From: a virus
Lineage: Duplodnaviria > Caudoviricetes
Virus record (IMG/VR): IMGVR_UViG_3300032087_001789
Location: 1 to 63,305 of that record
DNA: 63,305 bases
Direction: 5' to 3' (one strand)
Below the pieces are notes generated by a model. It ran no database searches, was not told where the DNA came from, and saw nothing but the letters and a program-made list of their open reading frames with translations. Position numbers and translations under genes: made by a program. Positions 16,919 to 26,400 of this stretch are shown in pieces; position 1 is the stretch's first letter, and every line of letters starts with the position of its first letter.

Positions 16919-17365
16919 ATGGCTAAACGATTTGAACGTCCCGAGGATATTGCTCGTGAACTCAAAGCAGTACGGCTATTCCTATCGGGCAGAGACGATT
17001 TGACTCCTAACAAACTTGACCCACACGAGATAGACTTCGCCATAAGTAAAGGCGGTCAGTCTGTTGCGTACATCGAGGTAAAGGGCGTGAAGAAAGTCAA
17101 GTCGGTATACGACAAGCACACACCCGTTGTTGCAATCAAGAAACTTACCTCACTACAGAAATATGTTAACGAGCGCAAGTGTCCACACGTATACATAGCG
17201 TGGGCATATAGCGACGGCATCAAATACGCAAAGGTAACAGACTTGAAAGGCATCATCCGTTGGGGTGGGCAGTTTAAACCAAGAGAGGGGTCTGTCAATG
17301 ACCACGAACTTATGTTCGAGGACAACGGCACAGACTTCACAATCAAAACTTATGAATCTATCTAA
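16919..17365 (+). CDS. PD-(D/E)XK-fold nuclease-like protein
   Basis: E...IDF...YIEVKG. Confidence 0.65.
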   Translation: MAKRFERPEDIARELKAVRLFLSGRDDLTPNKLDPHEIDFAISKGGQSVAYIEVKGVKKVKSVYDKHTPVVAIKKLTSLQKYVNERKCPHVYIAWAYSDGIKYAKVTDLKGIIRWGGQFKPREGSVNDHELMFEDNGTDFTIKTYESI

Positions 17366-18086
17366 ATTTAATATGAAAGAGATTAGACCACGCCTTTATG
17401 GGGCAAAGAAAACAAATCACGAGTATTTCAACAATGACGAGAATCGTGTATTGATTATCGGGGACTTACACGCCCCGTTTGACTTGGACGAGTATTTCGA
17501 CCATTGTGTTGAGACTTACGAGCGCTTCAATTGTAACAAGGTTGTATTCATTGGAGACGTAATTGACAACCACTACTCTTCGTATCACGAGACTGATGCG
17601 AATGGTATGGGCGGTGCAGAGGAACTTGAGTTGGCTATCAACAGACTACGTCGTTGGTACGAGAAATTCCCTAACGCTTGGGTAACTATCGGTAACCACG
17701 ATAGAATCATTATGCGTAAGGCACAGAGTTCAGCCGTACCTGCTAAGTGGATTAAGTCTTACAAAGAGGTTCTTGAAACACCTAATTGGGAGTTCGTTAC
17801 CTCGGTAGACATTGACGACGTACACTACATTCACGGAGAAGGCGGTACTGCTAAGACTAAGTCTAAAGCAGATATGCGCTCTACGGTGCAGGGTCACTTG
17901 CACACACAAGCGTACGTTGAGTATGCGGTGGGCGCACGTTCACGCATCTTCGGGATGCAGGTAGGATGTGGTATCGACCACGAGTCTTACGCTATGGCTT
18001 ACGCTAAGGCAGGTAAGAAACCTGCGATTGCGTGTGGCGTAGTTCTCGGTGGACATACTGCGTTGGTAGTCCCTGCTCGTTTATGA
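17352..18086 (+). CDS. Calcineurin-like metallophosphoesterase
   Basis: GDLH, GDVID, GNHD, HG, GHLH motifs. Confidence 0.92.
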   Translation: MNLSKFNMKEIRPRLYGAKKTNHEYFNNDENRVLIIGDLHAPFDLDEYFDHCVETYERFNCNKVVFIGDVIDNHYSSYHETDANGMGGAEELELAINRLRRWYEKFPNAWVTIGNHDRIIMRKAQSSAVPAKWIKSYKEVLETPNWEFVTSVDIDDVHYIHGEGGTAKTKSKADMRSTVQGHLHTQAYVEYAVGARSRIFGMQVGCGIDHESYAMAYAKAGKKPAIACGVVLGGHTALVVPARL

Positions 18087-18114
18087 GTCTGTTAATTAAG
18101 TATTACACCATTGT

Positions 18115-18148
18115 GACCCTCGTAGGATTTGCTACGGGGGTTGTTCTT
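18115..18148 (+). terminator. Intrinsic terminator-like hairpin
   Basis: GACCCTCGTAG/CTACGGGGGTT followed by GTTCTTT. Confidence 0.55.
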
Positions 18149-18258
18149 TGGTGGCTACAGAAAGACGAAAAAAATGACGGGCATTGATTGGATTATCGCA
18201 ATAGTCGTTGTAGTATTGTGGAACGGGTACTTAGTGTACCAAATGAAAAAAGATAAAG

Positions 18259-18579
18259 ATGTATAAAGCAACAATCAAAGATTTACACGAAGCGTACATC
18301 AAGGGGTACGTGGATGGACTGCGAGGCAGAGAGCCTTTAGCAGACGGACAAGCCGTAGTGAGTTACCTTATGGGTTCACTATCGGATATAAACAAGACGG
18401 GTGCGTATGGTGTAGAAACATCGGAAGCATATCAATCGTGGCAGACCGAAATCATCAACAAAGAGATTGAGGACTTCTACAACGATAATATGGATACAGA
18501 GGAACGCCTCATCACGCCACGTGACCCATTTGGAGAGCATTTTAGTATTAACGATTCATCAGCAAAAGAAAAACTATGA
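18259..18579 (+). CDS. Hypothetical protein
   Basis: ORF track. Confidence 0.65.
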   Translation: MYKATIKDLHEAYIKGYVDGLRGREPLADGQAVVSYLMGSLSDINKTGAYGVETSEAYQSWQTEIINKEIEDFYNDNMDTEERLITPRDPFGEHFSINDSSAKEKL

Positions 18580-18914
18580 AACCATTTGCAACAGAAGTAA
18601 CCCTCGTCGCTGACGGGGACTTCAAACTTTATCAAGTAAAGTGGGTTGATTCCCACGGAAACGAGCAAGAGACTGCGGCTCGAGGTCATAATATGCAGTC
18701 TGCATTGGACACCGTGCTGCGTCAAAAGACCGCAGACAAGATTAAGTCTGTCCCGCTATTCGCTTGGATAGTGATTTACTTCGCAGCAATGGGTGGGTTT
18801 GCCTACTCGACACTATATGCACCCGTGCCTATCTTAGCATTGCTATTAGGCTTCGCAGGTTTGTTGGGAACGGCTTATTCGTTTGTCCAACGCTACTTCC
18901 GATATACAGAATAA
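18576..18914 (+). CDS. Membrane protein (two C-terminal TMs)
   Basis: Hydrophobic C-terminal half. Confidence 0.7.
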   Translation: MKPFATEVTLVADGDFKLYQVKWVDSHGNEQETAARGHNMQSALDTVLRQKTADKIKSVPLFAWIVIYFAAMGGFAYSTLYAPVPILALLLGFAGLLGTAYSFVQRYFRYTE

Positions 18915-18919
18915 TTTCG

Positions 18920-18975
18920 TATATTTGAAAGTTCTTGAGATGAGAGGGGGATGCTTCGGTGTCCCCCTTTGTTGT
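18920..18975 (+). promoter_or_regulatory. TATATTTG promoter followed by a UUCG hairpin with a U tract
   Basis: TATATTTG 18920-18927; AGGGGGATGC-TTCG-GTGTCCCCCTTT. Confidence 0.6.
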
Positions 18976-19001
18976 CTCTATGTTTAACGAAATCCAAAAT
19001 T

Positions 19002-19238
19002 ATGGGAAAAGTATCAATTGACCCCAATCGCTACATTAAGCGCAATGTCACAAAACTAAAGCACAAGTGGTATAGACTATATACCTCGTTCACGATAAGA
19101 AACGGTAGCATCTACCTAATAGAGAACAAGATGTACCAAGTGTGGAACGGAAGATACACTCTCATAGGAGAGGTCGATGACTTGATTTGCGATGGGGATT
19201 TAACTACGATACCAACTTCAGCAATTACAAATCCTTAA
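19002..19238 (+). CDS. Hypothetical protein (start moved to 19002)
   Basis: AT-rich leader before MGKVSID. Confidence 0.6.
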   Translation: MGKVSIDPNRYIKRNVTKLKHKWYRLYTSFTIRNGSIYLIENKMYQVWNGRYTLIGEVDDLICDGDLTTIPTSAITNP

Positions 19239-19250
19239 ATAACAAAAACA

Positions 19251-19370
19251 ATGACAGACTTTGAATTAGACGGAGACTTCGCAGACTTCGTAGACCAACT
19301 TGCTAATGACGAAAAGAACGAGAATGCTTGTAGCATAGACAACCCCGAGTGTGAGGCTTGTGGCTCGTAA
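19251..19370 (+). CDS. 39-aa acidic peptide ending in CSIDNPECEACGS (RNR C-terminal tail-like; not in ORF track)
   Basis: A-rich leader AACAAAAACA-ATG; translated by eye. Confidence 0.8.
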   Translation: MTDFELDGDFADFVDQLANDEKNENACSIDNPECEACGS

Positions 19371-19373
19371 TCT

Positions 19374-19583
19374 ATGTGTATGCAATGTAAAGGGATGTGC
19401 GAGTCTTGTAAGGCTGAGTACATCAACAGACGACTCCACCAATGCGCTAATCTGTTTGCGAACTTGGGAACAGACTCAACCCAAAGTGAACGGGACGAAG
19501 CGTACGCTGAAGAAGAGCGTCTGCTTAAAGAAATTATGCAAGTAGACTTGGAAAAAGGTAAGCGACTCCTTAATTTAGAGTAA
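19374..19583 (+). CDS. Small Cys-rich protein
   Basis: CxxCxxxCxxC N-terminus. Confidence 0.65.
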   Translation: MCMQCKGMCESCKAEYINRRLHQCANLFANLGTDSTQSERDEAYAEEERLLKEIMQVDLEKGKRLLNLE

Positions 19584-19594
19584 AAGCAATACAT

Positions 19595-19798
19595 ATGCCG
19601 AACTACAGACATAAAGAAACGGGCGAGGTCAAACGCTTCGCTCAAATCAGAATCACGTGGAACTCGGACGGCTCGAAGACTGAGACTTGTCTAACCACGG
19701 GCGAGAGCCTCTTAGAGAATTGGGATTTCATTCCGCCTAACGGAGAATGGAATGTCAAGATGAAGAAAGCCGCACGAGATGGCGGTGGATTGCGCTAA
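19595..19798 (+). CDS. Small hypothetical protein (FmdB-like N-terminus)
   Basis: MP.Y.....GE. Confidence 0.6.
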   Translation: MPNYRHKETGEVKRFAQIRITWNSDGSKTETCLTTGESLLENWDFIPPNGEWNVKMKKAARDGGGLR

Positions 19799-19813
19799 AG
19801 CGTTATAGTGAAC

Positions 19814-19862
19814 ACTCTGTGACAACCCTCGGGGTTGCTTAGGTTCGTGACCTACACAGAGT
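19814..19862 (+). ncRNA. Three-way-junction tRNA-like element, copy F
   Basis: ACTCTGTG/CACAGAGT, CAACCC/GGGTTG hairpin, TAGG-TTCGTGA-CCTA T-arm. Confidence 0.7.
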
Positions 19863-19916
19863 TCTAAGTCAATCGCACGACTATAAATTGCAAACACACC
19901 CACGGGAATGGGACAC

Positions 19917-19944
19917 AAAAAGAAAGGGGCTAACGCCCCTTCTT
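19917..19944. terminator. Terminator at the convergence of the two genome arms
   Basis: AAAAAGAAAGGGGC-TAAC-GCCCCTTCTT. Confidence 0.75.
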
Positions 19945-20037
19945 ACATTCATTACAATTGCACTCACGTCTTAGGACGGGTGCTGTCGGACAATACTGAC
20001 GTTTATCGTTAGTAGTCTGTTTCTTTTTTCTTTTCAT
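19930..20037 (-). CDS. 35-aa basic Cys-rich peptide (not in ORF track)
   Basis: MKRKKKQTTNDKRQYCPTAPVLRRECNCNECKKGR. Confidence 0.5.
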   Translation of the reverse strand: MKRKKKQTTNDKRQYCPTAPVLRRECNCNECKKGR

Positions 20038-20040
20038 ATA

Positions 20041-20442
20041 TTACTTCTTATTCCAAACACGAATCGCTTTCTCAACACCACGGCTACCAATGTAGAACGA
20101 GATGTAGGAAACGTAAACGGTTTCGATAAGAGGTAAGTATGCTTCTTTGATTTGGAAAGCACCAAGGTTTCCGTCCAAGAAAATCATAAGCAGGACAATG
20201 ATAGTCCATATCATAAAGCCTATAGGACGTACTGACTTAGCGAACCAATTGTCGGAGTTCATATCAGCCTTGAGGCGCTCTGTTAACTGCTCTTCGTAGT
20301 AACGCTCCTCTGCTTGAATCTCCTCTTCTGTTAGTTTGTACTCGTCGATAAGTTCTGCAACTTTCTCGATGCCGCCACCTTCTTTGATGGTAGTCTGCAC
20401 ACCGCTAACGAGTCCTTTGAGTAACATAGCAATCTTATTCAT
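20041..20442 (-). CDS. Putative holin (3TM/GTA-holin-like)
   Basis: DM.SDNW.AKSVRP, two TMs, YIGSRG.EK. Confidence 0.75.
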   Translation of the reverse strand: MNKIAMLLKGLVSGVQTTIKEGGGIEKVAELIDEYKLTEEEIQAEERYYEEQLTERLKADMNSDNWFAKSVRPIGFMIWTIIVLLMIFLDGNLGAFQIKEAYLPLIETVYVSYISFYIGSRGVEKAIRVWNKK

Positions 20443-20443
20443 A

Positions 20444-23400
20444 TCAGTCTCTGTTTAAAATTAATACCATTTTTACTAATGCTCCTTCGCCTTCTTTGAG
20501 GGCGTAGTATTTTAAGAGGTCTTGCTCGAATGCTTTAGCCTCTTCTGTTGTCATTGACTTCATTACCTTCTTAGCGATGACTGCGGCATCACGTGGGTCT
20601 TGAGCCATCTTGTTGATATCACGGATAGTATTGATATACTTGTTGCTCGGTAGTTTGTCAGCCTCTACAGACTTGACCACCTTGTTTCCGATGATGGACT
20701 CGACACGACCCTCGATACCCGTTGGGTTGTCTCCGACCATACCTTCTACCGTTTCTTGAAGCAACTTAGTACCCTTTTCTCCTTCGTTGATAATCATACG
20801 ACCAATAGCCTCATTCTCGTTAGTGATACCACGCTCACCGATTTGACGCTCTCTTCTCTTGATTACTTGAATAGACTCCTTAGAGAATAGACCCGTGAAC
20901 GCACCCGTAGTCAACAGACTCAACTTAGCAGTCTCTAAGTTCATCATCTTCTTAGCATCCTCTGTAGATAGATACTTGGTAGTACCAAATGATGTTACGT
21001 AGTGAGGGTTGTCTTCACTCAATGTGCTTAGATTCTTAATAGATAGTGCGTATTCCGATATCATATCCCCGTATACACCTGCTGATTTCAACCACGTCAA
21101 CCAAGACGCATCCCCACGACCCACACTACTGAAGATTGGTAGACCATTAGCACGTTCCCACGCTTTGTAGTTCTCCCAAAAATCTCTATCCTCAAAGTCG
21201 TGTTCTCCATCCGAGAACGCTGTGTAGCCCACCAAGTTCAACATCTTAGTGTACATAGACTCCATAACCCCGATAGGTAGAACCAATGGGTTCATATCGG
21301 TAGCCATACCTTTCAAGAACATCTTCAAAGAGAACTCTCTGTCGAACCAAGAGTCTTCCTCTTCTCCTTCTCCGCCAATCAAAGAACCTGCAAGACCATT
21401 GATTATCGGAACGATAACGAACTGAGACATTGCGTGGAACGCAGCAACCTCGAGCGCAGTACCGCCAATAGACTTGGCTGCATTTGCTCTTGTCTCTCCT
21501 TTTCCTAAGTTACGGAAGTCTAACGCAAGGTTAATCTTCTTGTTGAGTAGGAAGTTAGCAAACGGCATAACCAACATTTGAATAACCGCAGCCACCTGTG
21601 AAGAGTTTAGTCTGTTGAAGTCTGACTTGTCGCGCTTCGTAGAAACGTTTTGGTCTTTCGCTACCATCGTAGATGCGTATGCACTTGCGCCCTCGTCGAT
21701 GTTTGCACCCCATTCAGCCCAAACCTCATCGCTGACCTGCCCATTGAAGCCATTCTCTTTACGCATATAACTCTCGTAGTACATCAACCAAGATGCAGTA
21801 GCCGCAACCTTATCGGTGTTACGTAGCGCAGCCGTAGACGCATCAAAGAATCCTTTACGCATACGCTTCCAACTATTCTTCTCAGCAAGAGCGTTACCCT
21901 CTACGGTAGCGTTAACAGTCTCTTTAATGTAGTCACGCTGACCGATGTCCGCTTGAGCCAAGATAGTGCGCTGTCCTTCGTTGTATTTACCCGTAGTGGC
22001 TGTCATAACGTACCCCAACAAGTGTAGTGGGTTACCACCTTCTATTATGGTGTTCATAATAGCCGAAGACTGCTTCAAGATTTGATTGAACACACCACCG
22101 AAGTAGTACAATACCGTTAGGTTGTTCATCTCGTTTGCAAACTTAGCCAAGTTAGTACCGAGCATTTGGTCTGTTGACCTTGCAACTGCGATATCATCAG
22201 TCAAGAACTGAACTATCTTGCGACGCATATCTCGTCTGTCTTGTGGGTCACGTACAACTTTTTTGAACTGCTCATTAGACTCAGAAGTCATAGCAGACAC
22301 TTTAGCAACGCTATATGCCGTGCGAGTCTTAACCTCATTTTGCCTGTACGTTCTGCTCAATGAAGAGTAGAAGTTCATATCAATGTATCTCGTCTTGCTA
22401 CCCATAGCGTTCTCATTACGCTCGTAGGTAGATGACGCTTGTCTGTTTGCTTTACTTAGATTGTAAGAGTTAAAGGCTGACTGAATGTTAGCCATATCGT
22501 CTTGAATCTTAGTGATGTCATCGTTCGTAGAGCCTACTGCACGGAATCCAATCGGCAGGTAGTTCTCTTCCTCTTTGAAGTTCATACCGAGGAACTCCTC
22601 AGCATAACGCTTGACCGCCTTGCCTTGTCTCTTAAAACGAGAGCGCAATTGGTCAATCATCTTCATCATATTCTTATCGGACTCGAGTTCCTTAACGATA
22701 GCGTTATAGTTCTTTTTCTTACCATTCTCGGTGTAGAACACAGAATCCAAAGTCTCTCTAATCTCTTTTCTTTGATTTTTACCCTTACCTCTTAGTCTAC
22801 CACCGCTACTCCAACGTGGGTCGTTAGACAGACTCAACTCAAAGTTAGCAATCACCTGAGCCAAATACTGAGTCTGATTCACGCCTTCAGGCTTCTGAGT
22901 CAGGACAGAGTAAATCTGCATACGTACCTGAGATGCTATCGAAGTCTGTCCGAACTGCTTAGCCAACTTGATGAGGTCTTGGTTGAAGTCCTCTGCAATT
23001 TTATCAGCCAAAGATGCTTCGTTACGTAGCGATGAGAATCCTGAGATTTCCATAAACTTAGCGATACGAGCCTCGGATGACTTGAAGATACGACGCATAA
23101 ACGTAGGCGTGTTCTCGAAACGAGATGACACCCAATGCAACGGAGTCTTCTTAGCAGTCTCTCTTGACTGCAGACCAAGTGCTTTCAGCGCTTTGTTTCC
23201 GTCGTTCTTAGCAACTGCAGATGCAGCCAATGCGTTGATACCCAATGCCTTACCGTTTACAGCGAAGTCATACATAGCGAACTCTAAACGCTTCAACTCT
23301 AACGGAGTCAGCGCATCCATTCTGCTCTTGACTATTGATGCTGCAACGTCGTCTTCCATCTCTTCGGTGATACCAAAAATGGCGGCGAAGTTAGGGTTAG

Positions 23401-26400
23401 ACTCGTATAGTCTGCGGAAGTTCAGGAACGTTGGGATGATAGCCTCATCTATGATGACTTGTCTGTTCTTGTTCAACTGCTCCTCCTTGGCTTCAGCGTA
23501 CAACTCCAATGCCGCCTCGAAGTCGTTAATATCGTTGAGGTCAAGCCCCATTTCATCAGCGATGGCGGTTAGTTTTTTCTGTACACCCTTGAGTTCTTTC
23601 TCGTTGATTTGACGCATCAAACCTTCGTACTCAGTAACCCAATCTGTTCCATTCTCAAAGGCTAAGTCTGCAGCCTTTTCAACTAACTGTTTCTCCTGTA
23701 GGGATACCTCTTCTACCTTTAGTCTCTCGAAGATTTCGTTGAAGTATACCTTCGCGCGACGCATATCTACTTTTCCTAAACCTTCAATCTCAACATAAGG
23801 ATTAGATAATTCACCCTTTCTTACTGAGACAGATTTAGTAGAGATATTCAAGTCTTTGATTGTATCCTCTAATAACTGTAAACTCTCTGCACTTAGTAGA
23901 GCAGGGTTAATACTTGTAATATCAAGAATCTGTTCTGCATAACTAATGAGAGGACTACGTGATGTAGGTTTTAGTTTTTTAAATCTGTTTCTTAAATCTT
24001 TTTGTGCTTTCTCTACACGCTTCAATTGGTTGATGTAATCGTTAAGACCTTTAGCATCCATCTGCTTCTCTACAATCTTAACAACTTTGTCAACAACAGA
24101 GTTCAGTACCTCGTATCTAATATCGGGGTCAACAGCATTACGACCTTTCATCTTAGCAACCTTGGCTGCAGTACGAATCAACTGAGCAACCTGAGTAGGC
24201 TTAATCTCTACCCCTGCTTCTTTGATGACACGAATCATCTCGTTGATAATGTTTCTGTTTACCTTCTTCTCTGTCTTGAGGACAGCCGCTAATTTCTTAC
24301 GTAGGTCTTTAGCCTTGCTTGACTCAGCCTTACGCTCTGCTTTGCGCTTCGCAGCCAACTGAGCAGAACGCTCACGAGTTCCCTCTTTCCAACCTTGCTT
24401 AACGCCTCTTGCATTCTGTGATGCTTTAGCGTAGATAAGGTTAGCATCAGCACGGCTCATACCCTTAGCACGTAATGAGGCGATGATATCAGCCTTCTTT
24501 TCGCCGAGTAGGATGCGCTGTGCAATGCTTGTAATGATTGTAGATTGGAAGAAGACTCCTGCCTTACGCTTAGTCTCGGGGTTAACAGACTCCTGCATAT
24601 CCTTGAAAGATACACCCTCAATCTCAGCGGCACGTTCCAATACCATACCAACAGGTAGGGACAGCATTTCAAAATTACCCTCCTTGTTTTTAAACTCACG
24701 AACCTTAGCATTTCCTTCTTCGGTCAACTGAGTCGCAGCCTCTTGTAAGACATTCATACGACCCTCTAAAGTCTGACCAACGATTAGAGACTCTAATAAT
24801 GTTTTTCCATCGTAAGAAGTACCTGCATCAGAAACAATACGCTTCAATGATTTGTCTCCCGCTTTTTCTGCAGAGACATAACCGCTTTTTGCTGTGAGTC
24901 TGTCTGCTAAATAAGTCTTGCCCTGCCCTCTTAGTCTTCCTGCAACACTACGTATAATGTCTCCTTTTGCTTTGTTGCGTTTTTTCTCGTCTTCGATGGC
25001 GTTAATTTCGTCAACTTGCGCTTGGGTTAACTCCCCTGCCTCAACCAATAGTTCTAATTGTTGCTTACCCGAAAGTTTGACTTCTGTTGTAGTAGATGCT
25101 GACAGGTCGGCAATTTGATATATGTTATCCTTTCTGTTAGCAATACCAAGAGCCTTACCTTTAATATCTGTGCTGTATGTGGAGTGATTTCCGTCTTGGG
25201 TAACTACTCTCCCGTCAGCGTCTCTTTCAAACTCGTAGAACGCATAGATGTCTCCCGTGGTAAACTCGTTTTCAACCAAGTATCCGTCTCGCATATCGTT
25301 TTGATAATCGAAATCAGACTTCATTCCCAAGTTCTCCATAAAGGCTTTCATCTCACCACTTGTGGTTAAGAACATATCCAAGCCGCTCATTCTGTCTCCT
25401 TTAGACTCCTCTAAATAAGAATCAAGTGTGTCGTGCTTTGCGATTTCTTCCATAAAGTTACCTCGACCCTCTTTCTTATCCTCTTTGGACTCTTTGTAAA
25501 TTGCAGCAGGTTTTTTACCGTTTTCTGCTAAACTATTATAGAAGAATTTGATAGCCTGTAATGGGTCTGTAAATCCTTCAGTTGGAACATCTATGTTAAA
25601 CTTCTTACCACGAGCAGGAAACTCAATAGACTTTCCTTTGTTTCTATTGAACGCTTCCATTAACTCCGTGTAGACCACCCTTGATGTACCTTTGTAGAAT
25701 CTGTGACCCGTTTCAGGTTTACCTGATACAATAGCAACGATGTCAGCATCTTTCACAAGACCTTGAACCTCGTTGTTGTTTTTGTTAGTAGCCCATACCA
25801 CTCCCTTGTCTGTGTTAGCAGGGTCTTGAGAGAATGATATACCACCCTCTAACTCAATCTTAGTACCATCTAACGTGGTGTAAGTACCACGAGCAGATTG
25901 GTCACCCATCCAAAATAGAATCTTAGGTGGTCTGCCGTTTTCTTTCTCGAAGTTCTGTACTACTGTAGCAAGGTTTGTGAACTTTGTATCCTCGTTAATG
26001 AACGAACCTGCAAAGGTCTTGCCCTTAGCAACCTTGATAGTAGCCTTTTTAACCTTAGCCATAAGTTTAGACTTAACGGGATGCTGAAGCGCCCCTTGGC
26101 TATTGTCATCTTTTAGTTTGTTTTCCGATAGTTGGAAGAATACATTTGCAGACCTTTGATTTACGTTTGCAGCATCAATGTAAGTCTTAGTTGTATTCTG
26201 TGATGTTACATCTACAATAGCATCTAAGATAGAAGTACCTTCAACAACACCGAAGTCTCCGTATACCGTCTTGATTAGATTAGCAACCATTGCCTTGAAA
26301 GCATCAAACAGAGTAGACCCTGTGAGGGTAAACCCTTTGCTCTCTATGAGGTTTTGAGTCTTGCTATCTAACGGGATACTACCGATAGTCTGTTGGAATC

